64,000 bases of DNA from Octopus sinensis (Eukaryota): positions 106,764,001 through 106,828,000 of the forward strand of contig NC_043002.1 of assembly GCF_006345805.1 (NCBI RefSeq), given 5' to 3'. The notes beneath the pieces were generated by a model. It had not been told where the DNA came from. It ran no database searches and was given only the letters and a program-made list of their open reading frames with translations. The translations under genes were made by a program, and so were the position numbers. This document shows positions 50,025 through 63,480 of this stretch, in pieces (within the stretch, counting starts at the first letter, position 1; each line of letters opens with the position of its first letter).

Positions 50025-51499
50025 TTACTGTGCAACAAGATGAAGGATGTTGGTATATCAGCTTCTCCACAGCTCTTGAGCTACATTAAACCACATAAAC
50101 ATCTCTACAGAAATATTGTAAAGTGCTTGAAATAATTTTTAACAGATGAACTTCAAATGACTTTAAACAATTAATGTATGATTACTTACAAAATCTATTG
50201 GTATATTAAAATAACATTTCGGGAAATAATTTTTATAATTTTGAACTTATACAAAGGTTTAATTATTCTAAATATGATCCCTGAAAGGCTATTCCTTTCA
50301 AGGTCATTTATGCCTCTTCAATAAAAATTTTAAGATTTTGATGCCAAGAATTCCTTAAATTCAATTTTACACTTGGCTTTGGAATAGAAGGGTTTTGGGC
50401 CTTAAAAAAGTTATGTCAAGATGCTTGAAAACTTGATGAGATAAATCTATGGATTAAAGTAGTAGAAAGGCCTGGAACCCCCATAAAGTCTCTGATCTGT
50501 AAAATTTGTCCCTTTGTAGGACGCACCTGCAGGTTAACTGTAAGATTAGGAATGTAGTCTATAGCTTACAGTGTACTGGGTGGCAGTGCAGAAACATGAC
50601 AGCAACTTACAATGGAGAGACAGCACACAGCATAGGGGAATGAATAGGTGGACACTGGCAGGAGTTCAAAGAGAAGAAAAGCTCATCAGTAATAGACAGG
50701 CCAAGCCTCAACAGTAAAGAGGAATAGAACCCTAACACCTCTCACCACTACACCACACAACACAACAACTAAAGACAGAAAGGAAGAAAAGACAGATACA
50801 AACAGTGTAATACACACACAAAGGAAAAACATGCACACACCCATGATAAATATAAGAAATAGAGATACATAAGTAAAGAAAAAAATTATATAAAAGGCAT
50901 GGATACAAACAACATAGCAAGCAAACCCACATATACACAGACACACATACAGTAAACTTCACAAATGGCTACAGCAACAACAACAACCACAATGGCAACA
51001 ACATGAATAAACACACAAACACAGAAAGATACAAGAACATTATCAAAGGGTCAAGACATGCACACGCACACACACAAACACATGCTCACACACACACGCA
51101 TGCTCACACACAGATGCAAAGACATGCGCTGATAAGGCTTGTACATTATACAAGGACAGAATGGACGAAGCAGAGCAGGAGGAAAGGATCACCGTGAAGG
51201 CCACAGATGTGTGATGCAAGATTTCCAGACAATGGACAGAAGATGAAATAAGAACCAAAGTGATCGATGAGTTTGCCAAAAATAAATGAAGAACTGAACT
51301 GATTTACAAATAAATTTTAAATAGCTCATTATTTCTAGGTTCTATTATTTTCTGAGATTCCTTTTGGTAACCAAGAAATGTCATTATGGCAAGCATGTCA
51401 TCAAGCTATTGTTAATGAGGGACCAGCAAGTCCAGTGGAAAGAGGTATCAAGCCTGAAGTGTGGCTTGTCAGTAGAAGTGTATGTTCTCAGATTAAATT

Positions 51500-52060
51500 T
51501 GGTTTCTTATTTCTTTATTGCCCACAAGGGGCTAAACATAGAGGGGACAAACAAGGACAGGCAAAGGGATTAACTCAATTAACTGGTACTTCATTTATCG
51601 ACTCTGAAAGGATGAAAGGTGAATTCGACCTCGGCTGAATTTGAACTCAGAACATAAAGATAGACGAAATACCTATTTCTTAATTACCCACAGGGGGCTA
51701 AACATAGAGGGGACAAACAAGGACAGGCAAAGGGATTAACTCAATTAACTGGTACTTCATTTATCGACTCTGAAAGGATGAAAGGTGAATTCGACCTCGG
51801 CTGAATTTGAACTCAGAACATAAAGATAGACGAAATACCTATTTCTTAATTACCCACAGGGGGCTAAACACAGAGAGGACAAACAAGGACAGACATAGGT
51901 ATTAAGTCGATTACATCGACCTCAGTGTGTACTTAATTTATCAACCCCGAAAGGATGAAAGGCAAAGTGGACCTTGGTGGAATTTGAACTCACAACGTAA
52001 TGCCAGCCGAAATACCGCTAAGCATTTCACCCGGTGTGCTAACATTTCTGCCAACTCACT
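51500..52060 (-). mobile_element. SINE family A cluster with a recent 166-bp tandem duplication (51521/51687/51853)
   Basis: Two near-identical 166-bp units sharing diagnostic variants such as GGTGAATTCGACC. Confidence 0.8.
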
Positions 52061-52217
52061 GCCATTAAAGTTGGTTTGTATCACATTCACAGATGGAGTG
52101 GAGTTGAATAGTTTTAGGTGCGGGAGATTGTAAGGCTCCACTGCTTCATTTTCTACCTTGGCAATTGGCCTGCATCATGGACTGTGTGCCTCGGTTTCCA
52201 AGTCATCCTTCACAACT

Positions 52218-53327
52218 GTATGTATGTATGTATGTATGTATGTATGTATGTATGTATGTATGTATGCATGTACGTATGTATGTACGTATGTATGTATGTA
52301 CGTATGTATGTATGTATGTATGTACTATGTATGTATGTATGTATGTATGTATGCATGTACGTATGTATGTATGTACATATGTATGTACGTATGTATGTAC
52401 GTATGTATGTATGTATGTATGTACTATGTATGTATGTACGTATTTATGTATGCATGTATGTATGTATGTACGTATCTATGTATGTATGTATGTATGTATG
52501 TATGTACGTATGTACATATGTATGTAAGTATGTACGTACGTACATATGTGTGTATGTATGTATGTATGTATGTATGTATGTACATATATATGTATTTATG
52601 TATTTATTTATGTATGTATGTATGTATGTATGTATGTAGGCACGTATGTATGTATTTATGTATGTAAGTATGTACATACGTACGTATGTATGTACGTATG
52701 TATGTATTTATGTATGTAGGTATGTATGTATGTAAGTATGTATGTATGAATGTATGTACGTACGTAAGTATGTACGTATGTATGTACGTATGTATGTATT
52801 TATGTATGTATGTATGTATGTATGTATGTATGTATGTATGTATATATGTATGTACGTATTTATGTATGCATGTATGTATGTACGTATGTATGTATGTATG
52901 TATGTACGTATGCATGTATGTATGTATGTATGTATGAATGTATGTACGTATGTATGTATGTACGTACGTATGTATGTATGTACGTACGTATGTATGTATG
53001 TATGTATGTATGTATGTATGTACATACGTACGTATGTATTTATGTATGTATGTATGTATGTATGTATGTACGTATGCATGTATGTATGTATGTTCGTATG
53101 TATGTATGTATGTATGTATGTATGAATGTATGTACGTATGTATGTATGTACGTACGTATGTATGTATGTATGTATGTAGGTATGTATGTATGTATGTATG
53201 TATGTATTTATGTATGTATGTATGTATGTATGTATGTACGTATGTATGTATGTATGTACATATGTATGTAAGTATGTATGTATGAATGTATGTACGTACG
53301 TATGTATGTTCGTATGTATGCATGTAT
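52218..53327. repeat. ~1.1-kb (TATG)n/(TACG) microsatellite
   Basis: Direct reading; all TYIH/MYVC ORFs here are repeat artefacts. Confidence 0.98.
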
Positions 53328-53419
53328 CGAAATGTATTCATGACGACAACTAAATGGCATTCTAAGCAATGATACACCCATCCCTTCCTGTGTATTCCAT
53401 CTTTCCTTTCATCTATCCA

Positions 53420-54670
53420 AGGTGGCGGGCTGGTAGATTCATTAGCACACTGGGCGAAATGCTTGCCAGTATTTCGTCTGCCCGTACGTTCTGAGTTCAA
53501 ATTCCACCAAGGTCGACTTTGCCTTTCATCTTTTCAGGGTCGATAAATTAAATACCACTTGTGTACTGGGGTTGATCTAATTGACTGGCTCCCTCCCCTA
53601 GAGGATACTTTTCATTTATCCCTCAACTCTACCAAATCTTTACAGTTGTTGCCTACCTCCCTTCTCCTATCGCATCTATCTCATGCTCCCTATATACACA
53701 TGCAACCCCTTTCCACTCCAATTCCTGGTTTCTCTGTCTCTCACTCACTTCTACCTTCTACTCACCTCCTAACATGATGTGCTTCCTGGATACCACAACA
53801 CTTCTATATATCTCAGCATAGTTAAAACTGATTCAGTTTTACTCTCTCTAAATATATTTGTTTCTGCTCTTGGTACTAGGCTCGAACTTTTTTGGGAGGG
53901 TCCAGTCAATTAGATCGACCCCAGTACGCAACTGGTACTTAATTTACCGCCCTTGAAAGGATGAAAGGCAAAGTCGACCTCGGCAGAATTTGAACTCAGA
54001 ACATAAAGACAGACAAAATACCTATTTCTTTATTACCCACAAGGGGCTAAATATAGGACGGACATAGGTATTAAGTCAATTACATTGACCCCAGTGCGTA
54101 ACTGGTACTTAATTTATCGACCCCAAAAGGATGAAAGGCAAAGTGGACCTCGGCGGAATTTGAACTCACAACGTAACGCCAGATGAAATACTGCTAAGCA
54201 TTTCGCCCAACGTGCTAACATTTCTGCCAGCTCGCTGCCCAGACAAAATACCACTAAGTATTTCGCCCGGTGTGCTAATTTTTCTGCCAAGCTCACCTCC
54301 TTAGACACATGGAAATACTCATTTCTACTCTAGGCACAAGACCCGAAATTTTGGGGGAGGGGGCCAGTCAATTAGATCGACTCCAGTACACAACTGGTAC
54401 TTAATTTATCGACCTCGAAAGGATGAAAGGCAAAGTCGATCTCAGCAGAATTTGGACTCAAAACATAAAGACAGATGAAATACCTATTTCTTTATTACCC
54501 ACAAGGGGCTAAATACAGAGGGGACAAACAAGGACAGACAAATGGATTAAGTCGATTATATCGAGCCAGTGTGTAACTGGTACTTAATTTTTCGACCCCG
54601 AAAGCGTGAAAGGCAAAGTCGACCTCAGCAGAATTTGAACTCAGAACCCAGCATGCTAATATTTCTGCCA
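53420..54670. mobile_element. SINE family A cluster
   Basis: Multiple GGATGAAAGGCAAAGTCGACCTC modules in both orientations. Confidence 0.8.
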
Positions 54671-55044
54671 GCTCCCCCACCTTTGTGTGTGTGCATATTC
54701 TTTTCTACTCTCTCTCTAAATATGGGTAGCCTTGTAGCTCCTCTACAACAATAACTTCCTCTACTCGACACCCTTTCCTCACACTGTAACCCTCATCTCC
54801 AAGCATAACCCCCTCCCCACACTTCCTCTCTCAGATTTCATTGCCTTTTGAGATGTATTGTGATCTCACTTGTGCTGGTGCCACATTAAAAAGCATCTCC
54901 TACAAGCTGTAAAGTGGTTGGCATTAGGATTGGCGCCCAGCCGTAGAAACCATGCAAAAGCAGACATTGGGGCACAAAGCAGTTCTTTGACCCACTGGAC
55001 CCTGTCAAACTGTCCAATCCCTGCCAGCATAGAACATGGACGTT

Positions 55045-55073
55045 AAATGATGATGATGATGATGATGATGACA

Positions 55074-55113
<40 letters not shown>

Positions 55114-55340
55114 CTACGATGATGATGATGGTGATGATGATGACAGCAACGATGACAATGACATCGTTGCTGTCATCATAGAACATGGACATTGAATGAT
55201 GATGACAATGATGATGACGATGTTGACGACGATGATGACGATGATGATGATGATGATGATGATGATGACGATGATGATGATGACGATGATGATGATGATG
55301 ATGATGACAGCAACGATGACGATGACAATGATGACGATGA
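55045..55340. repeat. (GAT/GAC)n trinucleotide tract
   Basis: Direct reading; follows an RTE-type tail CATAGAACATGGAC(G/A)TT, which occurs twice. Confidence 0.95.
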
Positions 55341-55664
55341 ATTCTCCATTTTGTATAATCCTACTAAATTTGGGAGAAGAAATTATTGTATGCATGCCAT
55401 ATTTCCTGATATTACAAATGGTTTTAAAAATATACTTCCAAAGTTACACATCATATGATAGATAACACTCAAGTATACGGACATACTTATATGACATCCA
55501 TCCATCCAACCATCCATCCTTCCATCCATCTCTCTATCCGCCCATCCATCCATTCATCGGGGCATCCATCTATTCGTCTGTCCATACATACATCCATACA
55601 TATGAACACATAAATGGTGCGGTGAATAAATTGTCATCTAAATTACCCAAAAATGAAAATAACA

Positions 55665-56095
55665 CTCACATCTCATTGGGACACAAAACTCTACTTGTGA
55701 AGACCTGTTGAGGCAAGTGAGAATCAGAATCGAAATCAATCAATGGAAATTGCAGCTGAGTTACCAGTGCCGGTGGCACGTAAGAGAACCATCCGAATGT
55801 GGCCGTTGCCAGCGCCACCCCGACTGGCCTCATGCCGGTGGCACATAAAAAGCACCATCCGTTCGTGGCCATTTGCCAGACTCGTCTGGCACCTGTGCCG
55901 GTGGCTCATAAAAAGCACCCACTACACTCATGGAGTGGTTGGCGTTAGGAAGGGCATCCAGCCGTAGAAACATTGCCAGATCAAACTGGGCCTGGTGCAG
56001 CCTTCTAGCTTCCCAGACCCCAGTTGAACCGTCCAACCCATGCTAGCATGGAAAGCGGATGCTAAACGATGATGATGATGATGATGATGATGATA
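55665..56095 (+). mobile_element. RTE LINE 3' UTR/tail fragment
   Basis: Matches 62400-62945; ends in (GAT)n. Confidence 0.85.
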
Positions 56096-56907
56096 TTTAC
56101 CAAAATTACTTTAAAATATCTGGAAATACTAAGAGTAAATTTATTCAATGCAATCGCTATTGGCTTCAACCAAGGCCTCCAGACGACTTCAGAATCTATT
56201 GGAACTCTTATGGATGGTCTCCTTGTTTAAGTTGATGAATGCTGCCATAATCCTTGCCTTCAGTTCATCTTTGGTGTTACAAGGAGTTTTGTTGGTCTCT
56301 CACTCAACTGCATCCCGTACATAATAATCAGGGGGTTACAATCTGGGAAGTTAGGTGGCCAAATGTTAGAGGCGATGTGATCGCAGAAATTGTCTGACTG
56401 CCATGACTGGGTTTTCCTGCGTGTGTGGTACGGTGCAGAGTCCTATTGCCAGACATAGGGTCTTCCAGCAGCCATGCTCCTCACCAAGGGTAGTACTACT
56501 TCCTCCACGCACTTGATGTAGGCCTCTGTGTTGAGTGTGAGGTTATGTGGGAAGATGAATGGAGGCATAATGTCGCCATCATTAGTGATCACGCTAAACA
56601 CCATGATGTTGACTGGATTTCGATTTTTTTCACTCTCGGTACATGTCTTCAGATTGCACTGTCCTCAGATTGACACCCAAACACTCTGAAATGTTTGCAT
56701 TGGAGCTTCTGACGTGAAAGCCAAGTTGTACAGCATGTTGTGTCCAAATTTCTGACTGATTGAATTGCATCATGGTGCTGTTTTTCTCACAGACAGTGCC
56801 CAACTGACCCTACTATACTGCATAGTCAACAAAATCAAAACCAACCAATGTGCATGCACGAAATGAAAAATATAAGATGGTGACAATTTACCCATCACAT
56901 CCTGTAT
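56096..56907 (-). mobile_element. Degenerate IS630-Tc1-mariner transposon, DD37D (maT-like) spacing
   Basis: Minus strand WQ*DSAPYH...IWPPNFPDCNP(L)DYYV gives D-x37-D allowing a 1-nt indel. End TACAGGATGTGATGGGTAAATTGTCA resembles ~55617-55642. Confidence 0.65.
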
Positions 56908-56985
56908 ATGAGTACCAGAAAGTAATGCCTCATTCTATATAATGAGTTCAAATCAGTACGATGCCTACCATAATTTTTTTTGGAA

Positions 56986-57364
56986 GCACTCCATCGGTTA
57001 CGACGACGAGGGTTCCGGTTGATTCGATCAACAGAACAGCCTGCTCATGAAATTAACGTGTAAGTGGCTGAGCACTCCACAGACACGTGTACCCTTAACA
57101 TAGTTCTCGGGGATATTCAGCGTGACACAGAGAGTGACAAGGCCGGCCCTTTGAAATACAGGTACAACAGAAACAGGAAGTAAGAGTGAGAGAAAGTTGT
57201 GGTGAAAGAGTACAGCAGGGATCACCACCATCCCCTGCCGGAGCCTCGTGGAGCTTTAGGTGTTTTCGCTCAATAAACACTCACAACGCCCGGTCTGGGA
57301 ATCGAAACCGTGATCCTACGACCGCGAGTCCGCTGCCCTAACCACTGGGCCATTGCGCCTCCAC
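56986..57364 (-). mobile_element. tRNA-derived SINE family D
   Basis: Homologous to 5709-6087. Confidence 0.85.
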
Positions 57365-57812
57365 TGCCTACCATAAATATATCTATTCAATGGAAATATA
57401 ATGCTCTTTGTAAGATACAGATAAGGTAATAATTGATTTTCAAATGCAGAAATGCTGATAGAACAGCAAGGACAGAATAAAACATCCATATAAAATGGAA
57501 AAATTTGTCAGTAACCAGCCATGAGACTCCAACTCACATCCCTTTGATTACCGGTCAAGTGCTCTACCAGTTAATGCTCCAAGCTTGCAATAGCATTTTC
57601 CCCACTTTGAAACCAATTTTCTGGTTCCTCAGGCAAAAAGAAAGATCAGGTTCTTTAGAAAAGAAAATTGCTTCCAGAGCTGGTTCAACACTATCTCTGC
57701 TTCTGAATGTTCTTCCACGGATAAAGCATAGCTTTGTCAAGCTACACACAAACAAACTAGTGGAGATGAGAATACATTTATCAAAGGTTTATTTACATAC
57801 ATCAGACTTTAA

Positions 57813-58031
57813 CCCTTTAGTGTTCAGATTATTCTATCAAACATAATGCTTATTGATTCTCATTGATTTGAATTAATCATGCATTATCTCATATCTTCAA
57901 GAGCTTGATGGTGTAATTACTTAATGTAGAATAACATTGTAGGGTTGGTGCGAGAGCCTGGATCTGGTCAGTTTGAACATAAAACAGATTAACTATTTTG
58001 GCCGGATATGGCCAGTTTAAATACTAAAGGG
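57813..58031. mobile_element. piggyBac-type MITE
   Basis: TTAA|CCCTTTAGT ... ACTAAAGGG|TTAA. Confidence 0.7.
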
Positions 58032-59299
58032 TTAAGTCACCAGTTATTTCTGTTTAGTTCACTCAAATTCATTTCACACTCACTATTGACATTCTTTTGT
58101 TTTCCTTCTCTTACCAGAAGTCCCTTTTGTTTTGCTGTTGACCAACTTCCTAGCTAGCCTGCAGTGAAGTTTCTGTCTACAGTTCATCTGTCACGAATCC
58201 TACCCGACAAAAGTGTTCAAGTGAACTGGATTAGTCAAAATCTGCTGTTGCTAGATCTAATGAGTGGGTAGGCTGAGGTAGAGCTTCCCAGCCAAATTAA
58301 TTTAACTTTTCATGCATTGCTTTAATTTCAGGCAACAGCTCATGAGGAACCCACTTTCATTCTGTATATAAACTTTTCCATTCTGCTTAAGATTATTTTA
58401 CACAGTGGACCAATGTTTATTCAGCCTCTGGGATAAGTCCCTGACATTTTCACGTGGATCCTCTTCATTTACTGTTTTCATTGCATCACATTTGAGAACT
58501 TCTCTGGGTTACTTCCAATTAGCCTGCATCTCTGCTCGTATCAAATTTCCACCCTTTACCCCTGTCCCCCTTACACAACATTCATCCCTTATTAAATCTG
58601 CACACTCCCACCCCTATGTTTATAATCATCTCTCACTCTCTTCCCACAATCTTGCAACATTACACACCTTTCTTGGTTCCTCTGTATCCACCCTCTCTCT
58701 TCTATTCATCTTCTTGCACATGTTACCACAAAAGTTTGTCCTGGCACTTCCTCTTCAATATGTTTACCTCTCTTTTGAGTACCACTCCCACCTCCTCCAT
58801 CCACCCACATAAAATACAAGGTAACCACGAATCTCCTCTACAGCAATAAATCTATCTCTACTCCTCTCATCACACTTTAACCTCTCAACTCCACACTTGA
58901 AGCAGCCACCGTATCTCATATTTCTCTCAGTCAAAGGCTCTGTTTAGGCTTGTAAGCTACAAGCCAACTTCACTAGTTCTGGTGCCATGGAAAGAAAGCA
59001 CACACTACACTTTGTGGATTGTTTGGTATTAGGAAGGGCATCTGTCAATATAAACGCTAACAAAACTGAAACACTGGAGCAAGATGTTTTGCTTCGACTC
59101 ATTGGATACACACACAATGTACACCAAATACCAGATGGTGAACATAAAATGGTAGAAAGTGAACATAAAATGATAATGAAATATATCCATACGGGCGTAG
59201 GAGTGGCTGTTTGGTAAGTAGCTTGCTCACCCACCACATGGTTCTGGGTTCACACCCACTGCATGGCAGAAAGAAGCCCATCGTATATATATATATATA

Positions 59300-62200
59300 T
59301 CTCCTTCCCAGTTTTCAGAGTTGGCACTGTCAATGTTGGTACATTGAAAGGTAGGTCTAGTGAGATTGTAGAGATGCTTGAGAGAAGACGGGTTGATGTA
59401 TGCTGCATACAAGAGGTAAGATGGAGAGGTGCTTCAGCTAGGGTCCTCACAGGCAAGGCACATAGGTATAAAGTCTTCTGGCAAGGTAACATGGATGATG
59501 TAGGGGGTGTAGGCATTCTACTTGCGGAGAAATGGGTGGATAAGGTCATAGAGGTTGTCAGGGTTTGCGATAGAGTGCTTAAGCTCAGGTTAGTCCAACA
59601 GAGTGGCACAGCTACGACTATCTCCGCCTATGCCCCACAAGCGGGACTACCAAATGATCAGAAGGAACAATTTTATGATACTCTTCTACAGGCTACCTCA
59701 AAGACTAGTGGCAAGGACCTCATCTTTGTGGGTGGAGACTTTAATGGGCATGTCGGGCGGAAATCGGGTATCTTCACTGGGGTACACGATGGCCATAGTA
59801 TTGGCACCAGAAATGATGAGGGAACTAGATTACTGGAATTCTGTGATGCATGTAACCTTGTAATCTGCAACACTAACTTCAGGAAGCCTGACTGCCACCT
59901 TATAACCTATCAGTCAGGAGACTCTGCTAGCCAAATAGACTTCATCCTCACCAGACAGCGGGATGCAGGGTCGCTCTTAAATACAAAGACCCTCCCGGGT
60001 GAAGAATGTATCCCTCAGCATAGGCTAATCATCTGTGACTTTAAGCTTGAGGCCAGAAGGACTCCAAGAAACAAACCAATCCAGAAAAGAAGGATTTGGA
60101 AGCTAAAGAACGCTTCACATGGTCAGAGATTTAGGGACATCCTCATCAAGAAATTTGATGAGAGGGAGGAGGAGCTTCAGACGTCCGACATAGAAGGTAG
60201 CTGGGAATTCCTACGGGACAGCTTGCTGAGTGCCACAGACCAGGTCTGTGGATGGTGCAAAGTCCCTTCCAGACCTAGAGTTATGTGGTGGTGGAATAGT
60301 GCAGTAGACAAAGCCATTAGTGCAAAGAGACAGGCCTGGAAAGCCTGGAGGGATGGGGGCAGCAGGGAACTGTACCAGGTAGCCAAAAGGGAGGCTGGGC
60401 AGCAGGTATACATAGCCAAAGATGTAGCAGAAAAGAAGAAGTTTGCCAATGTTCTGCAACGTGAGGACCAAAGAGCTGAGGTATTTCGGATTGCCAGACA
60501 GTGTGTGAGAGAAAATAGTGATGTTACAGGAGAGAAATGTGTCCGCATGGATGATGGAGCACTTGCTTTTAATGTTGGTGAAAAGAAAGAGGCTTGGAGA
60601 AGCCATTATGAAAGACTGCTGAATGAGGAGAATGAATGGGAGGAGGAGAGCCTGCCAAATGTAGACCCAGTAGAGGGACCAGCTATCCGAATAGACAGCT
60701 CCCTTGTAGTTAAGACAATTAAGGATATGAAAACAGGTAAAGCCCCCGGCCCATCAGGAATCACTGCTGGGATGCTTAAAACAGCTGGCTATGTGGGCTA
60801 TGGCCTAGTCACCCGCATTGTAAACCAGGTAGTTCACAATGGAGTCATACCCAATGACTGGCGTAGCAGCACCATAGTCAACTGCTACAAGGGTAAGGGT
60901 GATGCTCTAGATAGAAATAACTACAGGGGTATTAAACTGTTGGATCAGGTGATGAAGGTCACAGAGAGGGTCATAACCCATCTCATTAGGGAGAGAATTT
61001 GCTTAGATGAGATGCAGTTCGGTTTTGTGCCGGGTAGAAGCACCACTGATGCTATATTCCTGGTCCGACAACTGCAGGAGAAGTACCTAGCTAAAGATAA
61101 ACCCCTCTACATAGCTTTTGTGGACTTGGAGAAAGCCTTTGACAGGGTTCCCCGATCCCTTATCTAGTGGTCGATGCGGAAACTGGAGATTGACGAATGG
61201 CTAATAAGGGCTGTACAGGCTCTATACAGAGAGGCTGTCAGCAAGGTTAGGATTGGCAATGAATATAGTGAAGAATTCCGGGTAGAAGTAGGTGTACACC
61301 AAGGCTCAGCCCTCAGTCCCCTTTTATTCATCATAGTCCTCCAGGCAATAACAGAGGAATTCAAAACAGGATGCCCCTGGGAGCTCCTCTATGCTGATGA
61401 CCTGGCTCTCATAGCAGAATCACTACCGGAACTAGAAAAGAAATTTCGGGTGTGAAAGCAAGGGTTAGAATCAAAGGGCCTTAGAGTAAATGTAGCAAAG
61501 ACCAAAGTTATAGTAAGCAGAAAGGCGAACTCAGCACACACACCCTCGGGCAGGTGGCCCTGCTCGATCTGTAGGAAAGGTGTAGGTAGAAAATCCTTAA
61601 GATGCACCCAATGTAAGCTATGGACGCATAAGAGGTGCAGCAACATCAAAGGGAAATTAACTGGTAAGATAGCTTTCATGTGCCGCAGATGCACAGGGAC
61701 AATAGACACCACAGACACTCAGAAAACAGATTCCATCACACTCCAGGGGGAGAAACTAGAAGTAGTTGATAGTTTCCGCTACCTGGGTGACCAAGTTAGT
61801 AGTGGAGGTAGATGCTCAGAGAGTATCACCACTAGAATACGAATAGCCTGGGCAAAGTTCAGAAAGCTCCTGCCCCTACTGGTGACAAAGGGTCTCTCGC
61901 TCAGAGTGAAAGGTAGATTGTATGATACATGTGTGCGAACTGCCATGCTTCACGGTTGTGAAACATGGGCTGTAACTGCAGAGGACATGCGTAGACTTGA
62001 AAGAAATGAAGCTAGCATGATCCGCTGGATGTGTAATGTCAGTGTGCACGCACGACAGAGTGTAAGCACCCTGAGAAAAATGCTGGACATAAGAAGCATC
62101 AGATGTGGTGTGCAAGAGCGACACTTGCGATGGTATGGTCATGTACTGCGGATGGATGAGGAGAGATGTGTGAAGAAGTGCCACTCCCAAACAGTTGAAG

Positions 62201-62945
62201 GTATCAGGGGAAGAGATAGACCCAGGAAGACATGGGATGAGGTAGTCAAGCATGACCTCAGAGCGTTGGGCCTCACTGACGCAATGGCGAAGGACCAAGA
62301 TCTCTGGAGATATGCTGTGACTGCAAATATCCGGGCTGCTACCTGCACCAGTTCCACATAGCCCCCTGCCCATTCAAAGTACCCTGGATCCCGGAACGTC
62401 TCGCTGTGCTGAGGAGACCTGTTGAGTCAAGTACATGAACATGAACATCGAAATAAATATCAATGGAAATAGTAATTGTGATACCTGTGCAGGTGACACA
62501 TAAAAAGCACCATCCGTACGTGGCCGTTGCCAGCGCCGCCTCAACTGGCTTCTGTGCCGGTGGCACATAAAAAGCACCATCCGAACGTGGCCGATGCCAG
62601 CGCCGCCCCAACTGACTTCTGTGCCGGTGGCACATAAAGAGCACCATCCGAACGTTGCCGTTGCCAGTGCCGACTTGGCTGGCTTCCATGCCGGTGGCAC
62701 GTTAAAAGCTCCAACCGATTGTGGCCGATGCTGGACCCCCCTGGCACCTGTGCAGGTGGCACGTAAAAAGCACCCACTACACTCGCGGAGTGGTTGGCGT
62801 TAGGAAGGGCATCCAGCTGTAGAAACTCTGCCAGATCAGACTGGAGCCTGGTGCAGCCCCTGGCTTCCCAGACCCCAGTCGAACCGTCCAACCCGTGCTA
62901 GCGCGGAAAACAGACATTAAACGATGATGATGATGATGATGATAT
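59300..62945 (+). mobile_element. Near-full-length RTE-clade LINE (APE + RT with embedded PHD finger), two nonsense codons
   Basis: One frame 59263-62361: TVNVGTL, CIQEVRW, GDFNGH, IDFIL (APE); KAPGPSG, QFGF, DLEKAFDRV, QGSALSPLLF, YADDL, FRYLG (RT). Stops at 61165 (TAG) and 61453 (TGA) at Trp positions; tandem repeats in the 3' UTR and a (GAT)n tail. Confidence 0.96.
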
Positions 62946-62956
62946 ATATATATATA

Positions 62957-63480
62957 CTAGCAGTATCGCCCGGCGTTGCTCGGGTTTGTAAGGGAAATAA
63001 CTATATAAGCATTTTTAGAGAGTTACTTCCATTATAGATGCCAATTCGGGCTTTCTTAGCCATTTCTGTTTTGGTGTCTTCAAGCCATGAAGTCGTTGTT
63101 CTAAAAGAACGCTGGTCTCCTTGACAACGCTTTACGACGTTGATTTCCTTACACTCCCTTCCCCACAGCTTCATGAGGGAGGGAAGAAGGGGGAGAAGCA
63201 AACAGGTGCAGGTGTGACCATGGACGCCAACTCCGCCGCCATCGACACACGAAACATTATGCATTAAAATTTTGTTCCTGAAAAATGGAGGATTTTGTTC
63301 CTGAAAAATGGAGGTCATGGAGCTCTAAAATGTGAGAGTTAAGGCCCTTGTTGGGGGTGGATGTCTTAATGTCAACCAGAGAAGTTGAATTGTTGAGAAT
63401 CTTTTTAAATTGGGTCTTATATCTATTGTTTGAATTTGTTTGAAATAGGAAATATATGTTCACTGGGTTTGTAAAAGAGA
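62957..63480 (-). mobile_element. Helitron 3' terminus (non-autonomous; extent uncertain)
   Basis: Minus strand CCCGAGCAACGCCGGG hairpin ~8 nt before CTAG|T. Confidence 0.7.

Larger units (their letters stand above)
36258..52640 (+). repeat. Segmental duplication, copy B (expanded by copy-specific insertions)
   Basis: See copy A. B-specific: 37960-39545, Helitron 43145-45284, expanded (TATG)n. B lacks the region corresponding to ~28590-29827. Confidence 0.95.

Noticed and set aside
52118-53500. Long ORFs (up to 298 aa) of TYIH/MYVC repeats
   Set aside because: Translations of (TATG)n; the same applies to the poly-D/H/I ORFs at 4153-4414 and 55114-55465.
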